Positions 1 to 9,691 are shown, counted from the stretch's first letter. The stretch is DNA of 64,000 nt from an uncultured Candidatus Saccharibacteria bacterium (GCA_964527235.1 CAZGNC010000001.1:83220-147219), one strand, 5' to 3'. Notes: generated by a model not told the origin, from the sequence alone. Numbers and translations: made by a program.

Positions 1-145
1 TCTACAAAATGTGCTCAAGATTCCAGTTTATGTCGTAGACGACCCTCTTTCTGCTGTGGCGCGTGGTACAGGAGTTATACTAGATGATATTGAAGCTTAC
101 AAAGATGTTTTAATTGGGAACCAAGATGAGTTACCTCCTAGATAG
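1..145 (+). CDS. mreB: Rod shape-determining protein MreB, 3' end (partial)
   Basis: Frame from nt 2 reads LQNVLKIPVYVVDDPLSAVARGTGVILDD...PPR* (TAG 143-145), the MreB C-terminal DPLxAVAxGTG motif; directly upstream of mreC. Confidence 0.9.
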   Translation, partial: LQNVLKIPVYVVDDPLSAVARGTGVILDDIEAYKDVLIGNQDELPPR

Positions 146-917
146 AAAATTAAAGAGAAAGAAGTTGGGCAAAATTGCTCTAGGTGTTTTAGGGCTTTTT
201 TTATTTTTTTATTTCAGAGTAGGAATTTTCGGTTTCTTTTCTAGCGTTTCAAGTTTTGTTTTTCGACCAGTTTTAAATTCAGGAAACATGGTGGGACAGA
301 GAGCGAGCGCTGTGTCGGCGTTCTTTCGGTCTAAAGATAGTTTCGTGGAAGAAAATGAAACTCTACGGAGAGACCTCGAAGCCACGTCTCTACGTCTAGC
401 GAATTACAATTCTATTCTCGATGAAAATATTAAATTGCGCGAAATTCTTGGTAGAAAAAAGGAAGACTCAAATATGATATTGGGTGCCATACTTTCCAAG
501 CCCAATCGTAGCCCATATGATACGTTGCTTATTGATATTGGAGAGAAGCATGGGGTGAAGGTAGGGGATTTGGTTCTGGCTTCTGGGTCCATTCCTATTG
601 GGAGGATTGCTGAAGTTTTCAGTAAATCTGCGAAGGTTGTTTTGTTTTCGACTTGGGGAGAAAGCAATCAAGTCGTTATCTCAGGTAAAGATATTTTTAT
701 CGACGCAGTTGGTCGCGGTGGAGGTAATTTCGAAATGGTGCTTTCTCGAGAGTTAGTCTTAGATAAAGGCACCGAAGTGCTTCTGCCTGGTAGTGACTCA
801 CGGGTTTTAGGAGTTGTAGAAACCACCATATCTGACCCCAGAGATGCGTTTAATAAAGTTTTAGTATTAAGTCTTGTAAACATTCAAGAACTCAAATTTG
901 TTCAAGTAGAAATATAA
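126..917 (+). CDS. mreC: Rod shape-determining protein MreC
   Basis: N-terminal TM, coiled coil (ENETLRRDL, ENIKLREILG), then beta domain with IDIGEKHGVKVGD; follows mreB; ATG at 126 preferred over TTG at 114. Confidence 0.9.
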   Translation: MSYLLDRKLKRKKLGKIALGVLGLFLFFYFRVGIFGFFSSVSSFVFRPVLNSGNMVGQRASAVSAFFRSKDSFVEENETLRRDLEATSLRLANYNSILDENIKLREILGRKKEDSNMILGAILSKPNRSPYDTLLIDIGEKHGVKVGDLVLASGSIPIGRIAEVFSKSAKVVLFSTWGESNQVVISGKDIFIDAVGRGGGNFEMVLSRELVLDKGTEVLLPGSDSRVLGVVETTISDPRDAFNKVLVLSLVNIQELKFVQVEI

Positions 918-919
918 TA

Positions 920-2119
920 ATGGAATTTAAGATTGAGAAAAAGTTAGCAAATAGTTTGGGCCGAGCGGGAGTACTCACGACACCACACGGGGTCATCGAG
1001 ACTCCAGCGTTTGTGCCTGTGGGCACGAAGGCCACAGTGAAGTCCCTCACCACTGAGCAGGTGAAAGACTTAGGTGCTCAGGTGGTGCTCGGTAATACTT
1101 ATCATCTTTATCTACAACCAGGTGACGAAATAGTGGCGAAGGCTGGAGGAATAGGAAAATTCATGAATTGGCCTGGACCGACCATGACTGATTCGGGAGG
1201 GTTTCAAGTTTTCTCTCTTGGAGCAGCTTATGGTAAAGATATATCAAAAATTGTAAAAATTACCGACCCGTCGCTGATGATTCCTGAGCGATTCGATGAT
1301 TCTCTGGCGCCCGCACTGGCGAAAATAGGAGCTGATGGAGTTTCTTTCAAATCCCATCTAGACGGTTCAATACACTACATAACTCCAGAGAAATCTATCG
1401 AGATTCAGCACAATCTCGGTGCAGATATTATTTTCGCATTTGATGAATGCACTTCACCTGCAGAAGATCTGCGTTACCAAGAAGAAGCTCTCGAGCGTAC
1501 TCATAGATGGGCTGAGAGAAGTTTAGTCCAACATAAAAAATTAAATACTGAAAACAAGATTGCATTATTTGGTATCGTGCAAGGCGGACGCGATGAAAAC
1601 TTACGCAAGAAATCAGCAGAGTTTATCTCTAGTTTAGACTTTGATGGTTTTGGTGTTGGAGGATCTTTCGCTAAAGAAGATATGTCGAGTGCGGTAAAGT
1701 GGGTCAACGAAATTCTTCCCGAAGATAAACCCAGGCACCTACTTGGCATTGGTGAACCTGAAGATCTATTTATGGGGATAGAAAACGGGGTGGATTTGTT
1801 CGATTGTGTCGCTCCTACTAGGTTAGGACGTAACGGAACTATATACACTAAAAAGGGAAGGATGCTCATAATGAACAAGCAATACCGAGATGATTTTTCT
1901 CCGATCGAGGCCGATTGCGGTTGTTATACTTGCAAGAATTATACTCGGGCCTACATCGCGCATATGTTCCACGGCAAGGAGATGCTAGGAGGGACGCTTG
2001 CCTCGACTCACAACTTATACTTCATAGTCAACCTAGTTAAGAAGATTAGGCAGTCTATTCTAGATGGCAATTTCTTTGAGTTTAAGGAGGAGTTCTTGGC
2101 ACAATATCTCCAGAAGTAG
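920..2119 (+). CDS. tgt: tRNA-guanine transglycosylase
   Basis: TPAFVPVGT, TDSGGFQVFSL, FGIVQGG, DLFDCVAPTR and CxCxxC...H zinc motifs. Confidence 0.97.
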   Translation: MEFKIEKKLANSLGRAGVLTTPHGVIETPAFVPVGTKATVKSLTTEQVKDLGAQVVLGNTYHLYLQPGDEIVAKAGGIGKFMNWPGPTMTDSGGFQVFSLGAAYGKDISKIVKITDPSLMIPERFDDSLAPALAKIGADGVSFKSHLDGSIHYITPEKSIEIQHNLGADIIFAFDECTSPAEDLRYQEEALERTHRWAERSLVQHKKLNTENKIALFGIVQGGRDENLRKKSAEFISSLDFDGFGVGGSFAKEDMSSAVKWVNEILPEDKPRHLLGIGEPEDLFMGIENGVDLFDCVAPTRLGRNGTIYTKKGRMLIMNKQYRDDFSPIEADCGCYTCKNYTRAYIAHMFHGKEMLGGTLASTHNLYFIVNLVKKIRQSILDGNFFEFKEEFLAQYLQK

Positions 2120-2212
2120 TTTGATTTGACAAGTAACTTATAAAATGTTATACTTATATAGTTAGTTTTACTTTACAATTATTTCGCAGTTGCTATACTG
2201 TTTTACATTTAA

Positions 2213-3628
2213 ATGTCAGATAAAAAAGTTCGCAAAATAAAAAAGACAAAGAAGCCAGGAAAGAATTGGAGAAAATTTTGGAAACTTGGTGCGGATGAAT
2301 TTAACACTCAATTTCTAGGTGTGAACAAAGAAGGTGAGCTCACTGCTACCGAAGGCCATCACGTTTACAACCTCCACGACTTAGCACAGAAATACGGGAC
2401 ACCTCTTCAGGTGGTTTTCCCATTTCTTATTGAAGACCGACTGAAAGATCTGATCGGTTATTTCCAAGCGTATATGAAGATATACGGTTACAAGGGTAGA
2501 TTCTCTTATCATTACCCAATGAAAGTTAACCAGAACAAAGAATTTATTTTACCTATTCTCTCTGAGGGTGGAAATCTCGAAGTGACTTCTGCTAACGAGC
2601 TTTGGCTTGTGAAGAAACTCTGGGAAGGTGAGAAATTCAACAGCAAGATACGTGTGCTATGTAATGGTCCTAAGACTGATCAGTATATAGACCTGATCGA
2701 AGAGCTTCGCGGTAAGGGTATGAGCATCGTGCCTATCATTGAGGGCTACGAAGAGATAGAAAAATTTGTTAAGTATAAGGGTGATGTCGGCGTGCGCGTG
2801 GATTTAAATATTAAAGCTGACACTCATTGGGATAAAAAGTTCGACCGTTTCGGACTTTCTGAGAAAGACGTTTTGGATTTAGGTAAGATGAAGAATCTAA
2901 AAATTCTGCACTACCACCTAGGTTCACAGATTAAAACTCAGAAAAGTATTCTAGACGGTGTGAAGCACGCGTTTAGTATTTATGTGCAGGTTCAAAAGAC
3001 TAACCCATCTCTAGACACCCTAGATATCGGTGGTGGATTCGGCGTGCCTTACGAAAAGAAGAAATTCTATACTGCGAAAGGCGTTTCAAGTAAAATCATT
3101 AAAGTTCTTAAAAATCTTTCCGATAAAGCAGGCATCAGACACCCTAACTTAGCAGTTGAGTGGGGTCAATACATCGTAGCTCCTTCTCAGGTTACTCTCT
3201 ATAAAGTAATCTCAGAGAAAGCTATTCCGAAAGCTAATGCCAAGGCCTGGTATATAGTAGATGGTAGCTTCATGAATGACCTCAAGGATACTTGGGCGAT
3301 ACATCAGAAATGGCACACCATCCCAGCGAACAACATGGACGGTGCACTTAAGACCGTATGGCTTGCAGGTAGTACCTGTGACTCTGACGATAAATACACC
3401 GCCGGCGGTAACTATATCTTGCTTCCTAAGTTGCATGAGAATAAAGATCAATACGTCGCGCTTCTAGATACTGGTGCCTACCAAGATGCGCTAGCGTCTC
3501 ACCACTGTCTGCTTGCAGCACCGATGAAATTAATCGCTCAAGATGGTACTATTAAGATAGCTCGCAAGCGCGAGACACCTGAGTCTATCGGCAAACTCTT
3601 TGGCTGGACCAACGGGGATCATAAATAA
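2213..3628 (+). CDS. PLP-dependent (alanine-racemase fold) decarboxylase, arginine decarboxylase SpeA-like
   Basis: YPMKVNQ (PLP lysine as in SpeA YPIKVNQ), HYHLGSQI, LDIGGGFG, GSTCDSDD, TGAYQ. Confidence 0.85.
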   Translation: MSDKKVRKIKKTKKPGKNWRKFWKLGADEFNTQFLGVNKEGELTATEGHHVYNLHDLAQKYGTPLQVVFPFLIEDRLKDLIGYFQAYMKIYGYKGRFSYHYPMKVNQNKEFILPILSEGGNLEVTSANELWLVKKLWEGEKFNSKIRVLCNGPKTDQYIDLIEELRGKGMSIVPIIEGYEEIEKFVKYKGDVGVRVDLNIKADTHWDKKFDRFGLSEKDVLDLGKMKNLKILHYHLGSQIKTQKSILDGVKHAFSIYVQVQKTNPSLDTLDIGGGFGVPYEKKKFYTAKGVSSKIIKVLKNLSDKAGIRHPNLAVEWGQYIVAPSQVTLYKVISEKAIPKANAKAWYIVDGSFMNDLKDTWAIHQKWHTIPANNMDGALKTVWLAGSTCDSDDKYTAGGNYILLPKLHENKDQYVALLDTGAYQDALASHHCLLAAPMKLIAQDGTIKIARKRETPESIGKLFGWTNGDHK

Positions 3629-3642
3629 TTTTCATTTTTAAA

Positions 3643-4116
3643 ATGAAGCAATCAATATTTTTTGTAATAATAGTTACTCTGTTTGCTGTTGTGAATTTTA
3701 TATGGGTGGAGAAGAAATATACTCCCGATACACCACCTCTAACTGTACAAGAAGCGAAAATAAAATATGCAGAGCTTGCTGGTAAAAAGATTAAAGTTGA
3801 TCTAGCTCAAAGCAAAGCCGAGCAGGAACTCGGTCTTTCGGGTAGATCTTCTTTAGCTCCCGATGAAGGACTGCTTTTTGTATTCGAAAATTCTGCCCAA
3901 CATCTTTTCTGGATGAAAGATATGAAGTTCGCTATTGATATTATCTGGATAGACGCAGATGGCAAGGTTGTATATATTAAAAAATCCGCAACCCCAGATT
4001 CTTACCCTGAAGTTTTCAAACCAACTTTAAATGCGAAATACGTTCTAGAAGTTTTAGCTGGATTTTCTGATAGTAATAATCTCAAAGAGGGGGATAGTGT
4101 CCTCTTTACATTCTAG
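3643..4116 (+). CDS. DUF192 family membrane-anchored protein
   Basis: GLSGR...GLLFVF...FWMKDMKFAIDIIW...YVLEV pattern; N-terminal TM. Confidence 0.9.
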   Translation: MKQSIFFVIIVTLFAVVNFIWVEKKYTPDTPPLTVQEAKIKYAELAGKKIKVDLAQSKAEQELGLSGRSSLAPDEGLLFVFENSAQHLFWMKDMKFAIDIIWIDADGKVVYIKKSATPDSYPEVFKPTLNAKYVLEVLAGFSDSNNLKEGDSVLFTF

Positions 4117-4129
4117 TTCTGAAATAGAA

Positions 4130-4164
4130 AATCCCCCGCTTTAGGCAGGGGATTCTCATTTTTT
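4130..4164 (+). terminator. Intrinsic terminator between the DUF192 gene and convergent rnpB
   Basis: AATCCCC...GGGGATT stem followed by a T run. Confidence 0.65.
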
Positions 4165-4165
4165 C

Positions 4166-4516
4166 ATGGGTATCTATAAGCCGAATTCTGTGTTTTAGCC
4201 GAAGCTAAAAGATAGTAATTTATCTAGGCCCACACTTGCGTGGGGGCTCAAGCGATTCTCTCCAACCAAGGTCGGAGCACGATCTTGCACAGGGGTAAGG
4301 GTTTAGCCGTTTCACTCCTAATGTTGCCATCAGGACTCACCCTTGGCTTGCGCTTTGGGTGTCCCTAGATTTTCACCTCGGGACGTCTCTGCTCGCACCT
4401 ATACATTGCTGTACACGGGGGTTACCCGCTACCTGTCTCTCCGACCAAGGTCGGAGCTGTGTTCGGACTTTCCTCTATAAAGACCGAAGTCTCTACAGTA
4501 ACTATCCAATACCCAC
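4166..4516 (-). ncRNA. rnpB: RNase P RNA
   Basis: Minus strand has GAGGAAAGTCCGAAC (P4 5' strand) and ACAGAATTCGGCTTA (P4 3' strand); P1 formed by GTGGGTAT/ATACCCAT. Confidence 0.95.
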
Positions 4517-4626
4517 GTCTGCATCCTAGCATATTTCCCCAAAACTTGCATTATTTTTAGTAATATGATATACTGTATGCGTGAGTGTGAGGTAATTCTC
4601 ACCTTTATAGAACAACATAAGTGCCG

Positions 4627-4659
4627 CAAGACCCCGCCGTAAGGCGGGGTCTTGTTTTT
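4627..4659 (+). terminator. Intrinsic terminator
   Basis: Perfect 12-bp stem CAAGACCCCGCC-GTAA-GGCGGGGTCTTG followed by TTTTT. Confidence 0.8.
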
Positions 4660-4691
4660 CTTTAGGGTTCTCTATGTGTTAGAATAAATCA

Positions 4692-6581
4692 ATGCATCCT
4701 GGATTAGTGTCTTGGAAAAACTTACTCGTTTATTCTTTTAACGCTTTTTCAACTCCGCTTCTTTTGAAGACCTTGTTTGATCCTTGGAAGAGGGATGATG
4801 ACGTGGGGAGGAACTCAACATTTCTAGAAAGATTCGTCTTCGCTATTATCTCTCGAGTTCTGGGATTTATTGCTAGACTTTTCTTGATTCTTGTTGGACT
4901 TATTTTTTATTTATTGACAGTCTGCACTTTCCCTATTTTCTTTTTTGTACCTTTTAAAATCTCTACTGAGTATTTACAGAGTCTTGGGAGCGTCGGCGCA
5001 TCTCTATCTTATGGTGATACATATACACTAAATGCGCACAGTCGTGACGTGCTCTCACCGATAGCATTGAAACTTTTCGGTAAGGAGAAAACCTTTCGAA
5101 TGATCGAACGTGGGCTCGATAAAGACACCAACCACAATGTTTTGCTTGTGGGCGAGACGGGCTCTGGTAAGACTACAGTAGTGGACTATCTCGGTCGCCT
5201 AGGTCGCTCGGGGCTTTCTTTCCCAGGTATTCGTAACCATCGCGTGGTGGAGCTTTTCATGGAGGGTATAAGTATTGAGGATTTCGATCAAGCTCTTCGT
5301 GAAGCCAACTCTGCGGGCAATGTCGTTCTTGTGATTGAGAACATTCATAGTTATGAAAATATTTTCGATAGGATTATGCCGTACCTGGTGACTTCGAGTT
5401 TGGGAGTTGTGGTGACCACAGATTTTGCTAATTACGACAGAGTGCTTAAAAATTATCCAGAATTTCTTTCTAAGTTTGAGAAGGTTGATGTTCTACCTTC
5501 TAACTTCGAAGACACAGTAAATATAATTAAGAACCATGTTCGTATTTCTGGCACTAGGATCAAAGACGATGCAGTTTTAGAAATAGTCCGACTCTCTGAT
5601 AGATATATCGGCAACCAACCGCAACCACTTAAGTCACTATTGATTCTAGAAGAGCTTCGCTCGCTCAGAAAGACTATCACTATCGAAGACGTCGAGCAGG
5701 TGATTTCAGACAAAACCAACATGCCGATAGGGGCACTAAGTCGCGACGAGCGCTCTGTGTTGGTGGGCCTAGAGGACGCTATGAAGCGCAAGATCATCGG
5801 CCAGGAAGAAGCAGTTAAAGACGTGTGTAACGCCCTACAGCGCCTCCGCACGGGTATATCTGACCCTAGTAAGCCTGCAGGAAGCTTCTTGTTCTTGGGG
5901 CCTACTGGTGTGGGTAAGACCTATACAGCCAAGATCTTAGCTGAGAGTTATTTCGGTAGAAAGAATGCGATGATACGTTTCGATATGACTGAATTTTCTC
6001 TACCTGAGTCAGTGCCTACTTTCGTAGATAGACTGGCGTCAGTTATTGAAGAAGCGCCACTTTCGCTAGTATTTCTAGACGAGCTTGAGAAGTCGAACAG
6101 AATGATTCAGAATTTATTTTTGCAAATTCTAGACGAGGGGGGGCTGACTCGCGGTACAGGTAGAGAAGTGTCTTTCAAAGATGCATTAATCATCGCTACG
6201 TCTAACGCTGGAAGCGCGACAATAATACAAAATCCAAATATTGATAAGAAGACTTTGGTAAGTGATTTAATTCGCAATAATATTTTTGCGCCAGAATTTT
6301 TAAACAGATTTAGTAGTGTGGTACTCTTTGGCCCGCTTAGCGCAGATGAGGTGAGGGAAGTCGCCAAGCTTCTGCTTAACGAACTAGCTCAGAGGTTGCT
6401 TGAAGATAAAAATATAAAATTAGAAATTACCGAAGCGCTTGTAGACAAGATAGCGTTAGCGGGATTTGATTTAGAATTCGGTGCACGACCTATCAAGCGC
6501 GCAATTGAAGATATTGTAGAAAATAAAGTAGCGGACTACATAATGGCAGGGAATACTGGCGGAACTTTAAAGATTTTATAA
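4692..6581 (+). CDS. ClpA/ClpB-family AAA+ ATPase with N-terminal membrane segment
   Basis: Walker A GETGSGKT and GPTGVGKT, FLDELEK Walker B, IIATSNAG, PEFLNRF, FGARPIKRAI; hydrophobic N-terminal helices. Confidence 0.88.
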   Translation: MHPGLVSWKNLLVYSFNAFSTPLLLKTLFDPWKRDDDVGRNSTFLERFVFAIISRVLGFIARLFLILVGLIFYLLTVCTFPIFFFVPFKISTEYLQSLGSVGASLSYGDTYTLNAHSRDVLSPIALKLFGKEKTFRMIERGLDKDTNHNVLLVGETGSGKTTVVDYLGRLGRSGLSFPGIRNHRVVELFMEGISIEDFDQALREANSAGNVVLVIENIHSYENIFDRIMPYLVTSSLGVVVTTDFANYDRVLKNYPEFLSKFEKVDVLPSNFEDTVNIIKNHVRISGTRIKDDAVLEIVRLSDRYIGNQPQPLKSLLILEELRSLRKTITIEDVEQVISDKTNMPIGALSRDERSVLVGLEDAMKRKIIGQEEAVKDVCNALQRLRTGISDPSKPAGSFLFLGPTGVGKTYTAKILAESYFGRKNAMIRFDMTEFSLPESVPTFVDRLASVIEEAPLSLVFLDELEKSNRMIQNLFLQILDEGGLTRGTGREVSFKDALIIATSNAGSATIIQNPNIDKKTLVSDLIRNNIFAPEFLNRFSSVVLFGPLSADEVREVAKLLLNELAQRLLEDKNIKLEITEALVDKIALAGFDLEFGARPIKRAIEDIVENKVADYIMAGNTGGTLKIL

Positions 6582-6620
6582 AAAAGAAAACAAAGAGGCC
6601 CCGTGCTTGCGCGCGGGGCC
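6581..6620 (-). terminator. Intrinsic terminator of the PEGA lipoprotein gene
   Basis: GGCCCCG...CGGGGCC stem with a T-rich tail on the minus strand. Confidence 0.7.
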
Positions 6621-6672
6621 ATGAATGTCTCTCTTTGATGTCAGCCGAGAGACGATTGGCTGTTTGCTTCAA

Positions 6673-8298
6673 CTACGAACTTCCTTCAACCCTTCGCATC
6701 TCTGCGAGAAGGGTAGCTTCACCTCCGGGCTCGAGCGTAGCACGAGCTTCGCCGATGAGGTCGTTAGACCCCGGCTTGACGCATCGCGAGGTGTACTCGC
6801 CGGGCAACATCCCGCGGAGAGTGGTGGGGGTGGTGAAGATTCCCACGATCCCTCCGTTTGTCCGAACTTCGCACTGCATCTCGGGCAGGTTTGCCCGGAT
6901 GTTCAGTGTGCCGCCCATGATGCAGATCAGCTTGGCTGTCTTGCCGGCTTCCACAACAGCGCGTCCTTCGCCGATGATCTGGCCACCAGAGCCAGGCTTC
7001 ACGCATTTCCCGATGTATTCACCGGGTTGTCTGTTTGTGAGCGTGGTGTCGGTCAGCCACGCTCCAATGATGGTTCCGCCGAACGACACCTTCATCTCGA
7101 CGGGACCGTCGATGTTGTCGGTCAACACCAAGGTTCCCGTGGTTGGTGCCGGCGGTGGCGGCGGAGGTGGCGGAGCCACTTCCTTTTCCACATCGCAGTT
7201 CGACACCGTGCGTTGGTCGACGTTCACCGCGACGGGTGGAACCAGTCGCGACACGTATCCAGCGGGAGCCGTGTACGTGACCGAATAGAATCCAGCCTCG
7301 ACATTGATGCTGTCGGGCAGGGCGGGGAAGGACTTCAGCACAGACGAACTTCCAAGCTTCCGCACTTCAGCTTTCACGCCTGCAACTGTGCAGGTAGCGA
7401 GCAGCTTGCCCATGATTCTGGGCGGCGGCGGTGGAGCCGGCGGTTCCGGCTTGAGCGGGTTGTCACACACCGCGTTTGCTGAACCTCCTGCTGGCACCAC
7501 AGCGTAGGCCGTATCGGCCATACGCTTTCCTTCGGGGTCTTCGCATACAACCACGTAGCCTCCCGCCTTGACCTTGAGGTCGAAGTCGGTCGTTTGTGTG
7601 GTCAAGAGAGACCCGTAGAGCGCCGTGTATACCTTCGCGCGCATCCCTCTGGGTGAGGAATACACGTTGAGCACTCCGCTGTCCGACGCTATGGTCGGGA
7701 GCGGAGTGAGGTCGACGAGGAGCGTCTTCGTCGTTCGCGGATCTGGTGTCCATTCGGCCAGCCTGCTAGCATAGCCAGCGCGGCTGAGCGCGAAGATGTA
7801 CGATGACCCGTTACCGACGACGCTCGCCGTGTGAGGCGTCGTCGCATTTGTGAGCTTGGTCCAAGTGGTCGCACCGTTTGTGCGAGCCTGAGCCATGCTG
7901 TCTACCTTGGCCGTCATGCCGTCCTGTGTGCGGACGATGATGGTGGCCATGCTGTCGAGCGGCATCGTGGTCGACGGTTTGACCGTGACGCTGTCGGAGG
8001 CCTGGGTGTTTCCACCAGGGCCAGATGCGAACGCCCGGTATCGTACCGAACGCGACGGGTAGTCCGTCAACGTGTCGCACTTGGCGACAGTGAACCCTCC
8101 GGGTGACACCTGGATGGTGTTGAACCCAGTACCGCAGACTTCAATCTGCACCGGTTGCCCGGTCGTGATCGAGTCCTGCTTGATGTTGATCGTGACCGTT
8201 GGCGCTTCAGGCGCCGACGGTGGGGCTGTGATCTCTTCTACCGGATTGTTACATCCGGCGAGGATGACGAGCCCTACGATTGCAGCGAATCTTTTCAT
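6673..8298 (-). CDS. Putative lipoprotein with Ig-like and PEGA-like repeats and Pro-rich linkers
   Basis: Start at ATG 8298 (GAGGAA SD upstream); MKRFAAIVGLVILAG-C lipobox; PEGA-like GTLxIx(S/A)N...PGEYxxxCxKPG repeats; poly-Pro linkers; GC-rich. Confidence 0.75.
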   Translation of the reverse strand: MKRFAAIVGLVILAGCNNPVEEITAPPSAPEAPTVTINIKQDSITTGQPVQIEVCGTGFNTIQVSPGGFTVAKCDTLTDYPSRSVRYRAFASGPGGNTQASDSVTVKPSTTMPLDSMATIIVRTQDGMTAKVDSMAQARTNGATTWTKLTNATTPHTASVVGNGSSYIFALSRAGYASRLAEWTPDPRTTKTLLVDLTPLPTIASDSGVLNVYSSPRGMRAKVYTALYGSLLTTQTTDFDLKVKAGGYVVVCEDPEGKRMADTAYAVVPAGGSANAVCDNPLKPEPPAPPPPPRIMGKLLATCTVAGVKAEVRKLGSSSVLKSFPALPDSINVEAGFYSVTYTAPAGYVSRLVPPVAVNVDQRTVSNCDVEKEVAPPPPPPPPAPTTGTLVLTDNIDGPVEMKVSFGGTIIGAWLTDTTLTNRQPGEYIGKCVKPGSGGQIIGEGRAVVEAGKTAKLICIMGGTLNIRANLPEMQCEVRTNGGIVGIFTTPTTLRGMLPGEYTSRCVKPGSNDLIGEARATLEPGGEATLLAEMRRVEGSS

Positions 8299-8329
8299 GT
8301 GTTCCTCATCGGGGGTTCTTGTGTGGGAG

Positions 8330-9391
8330 CTACTTGCGTTCGCTTGGTGTCCATCGGAGCATGGCCCCGAGTCTCCATCCGATTCCTTTTGTGGGGTTGT
8401 TGGGTGTCTTAGCAAGAGTGTTCTGGCCATAGGTAATGTCTAGGTTCCAGATCGCTCTCGTATCCTTGGCGATCTGTAGTCCTGCGTCCAGACCTAGGCG
8501 ACCATAGTTGTTCTGCTGAACCCAGTTTCCGTTTACTCCCTCCGTGCCGGAGGTGCATGTAATCTCATCATGTCCACCGCCGGCGGTCAAGCCGAATGGG
8601 CCAGAGATGTCTCTCCTGATTCCAAGGTCGAACGATTTGTTCGCTTGGCTGCAGGTTCGACTTTGTCCTCTGGGCGAGTATCCAACCCGCCCTGTGAGTT
8701 CGAACGGGACGACGCGGGCCTTAGCAAAGAATCCCACACCAAATGTGAATGTCGAAAGGCGTTTTCTGCCTCCCGAAATCCCGTATCCGGGGCCGACAGC
8801 GAGGTCGATCCAGGACTCGTTCTTCTTCGCCTCTTCCTTCTTACCGCTGTCGGCGTTCGAGTTGTCGATCATCTTCTGGACCACCCCGGCGATTTGCGCC
8901 GTGGTGTCCTTCAGCGCACTGATGTCCTTCTTGGCCGACTGCATGTCGGTATTGAGCGTGTCGACTGCCTTGGTGACAGTCGCCAACGAGTCGTTCGGCG
9001 GTGCCGAGGCGACTGGGCAATCGAGGGAGATCATCACACCACGGTACTGCGGACCGCGTTGTGGTACTGCAATTCCCTTGGCATGAATTCGTCCGAGTTC
9101 GATCTTCTCGATCTCGTTCAGGATTCTTGTTACGTTACCTGCGCGGCGATCCGCGAGGTCTTGGTTCTGCTCCTTGTTGTTGGTTTTGTAGGGGGTTCCG
9201 TCTGCGAACCCCGTGACGTTGATATGGCACGAAGTGCCCGCGGCAATCGCAATCTCTTTCAATGCCAGACGGGTCTCGTCCTTACCAAGTGTGTACCCCA
9301 TGAAGGGGTATACGGTCGCCTTCGTTTCCTGCGCCTTGAGGGCGAAGGGGAAGATGGCGACCATGAGGATGGTCAGAATGAAGCGAAACAC
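8330..9391 (-). CDS. Secreted protein with OmpA-like peptidoglycan-binding domain, coiled coil and C-terminal beta-barrel-like region
   Basis: GTG start at 9391 after AGGAG; signal peptide ending ALKA; VTGFADGTP...NQDLADRRAGNV matches the OmpA_C GxxD...NxxLSxxRA motif; alternating amphipathic beta strands ending WRLGAMLRW. Confidence 0.7.
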   Translation of the reverse strand: MFRFILTILMVAIFPFALKAQETKATVYPFMGYTLGKDETRLALKEIAIAAGTSCHINVTGFADGTPYKTNNKEQNQDLADRRAGNVTRILNEIEKIELGRIHAKGIAVPQRGPQYRGVMISLDCPVASAPPNDSLATVTKAVDTLNTDMQSAKKDISALKDTTAQIAGVVQKMIDNSNADSGKKEEAKKNESWIDLAVGPGYGISGGRKRLSTFTFGVGFFAKARVVPFELTGRVGYSPRGQSRTCSQANKSFDLGIRRDISGPFGLTAGGGHDEITCTSGTEGVNGNWVQQNNYGRLGLDAGLQIAKDTRAIWNLDITYGQNTLAKTPNNPTKGIGWRLGAMLRWTPSERK

Positions 9392-9615
9392 TTTGTCTCC
9401 TGCGTTGTTGGTTGTGTGACTATTCTTCGGCTTCCCGGTAAGCGTTTGTGTTATTCTATAGCTTTTTTCGTAGTTGAAGTTGTCAAGGTACTGTGATGCC
9501 GGGGGATCCGGCCCACAGAGATTGTTCTCATAAAGACGGATTCCGACTACTGACCTATTACTAGCATAAAAAGTGCATTTTGTCAATGCCTAGCTTGACG
9601 TTTTTGGATTTTATG

Positions 9616-9657
9616 AAAAAGACAAAGCCGGGTAGCGTGGTGTTCGCTATCCCGGCT
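9616..9657 (-). terminator. Intrinsic terminator of the 9692-10210 gene
   Basis: AGCCGGG-TAGCG...CGCTA-T-CCCGGCT stem with T tail on the minus strand. Confidence 0.65.
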
Positions 9658-9691
9658 CGGATGTCCTCGTTGATGTCCCCTGAGGAAGGGG

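Noticed and set aside
4429-4629. 66-aa minus-strand ORF
   Set aside because: Overlaps the RNase P RNA 5' half and its promoter; spurious
8299-8430. N-terminal extension of the PEGA protein in the ORF track (and 9392-9586 for the OmpA-like gene)
   Set aside because: SD sites and signal peptides indicate starts at 8298 and 9391
6625-9496. Long plus-strand ORFs (285, 217, 180, 308 aa) in the GC-rich island
   Set aside because: Antisense shadows caused by high GC; the minus-strand frames have signal peptides, SD sites and domain motifs
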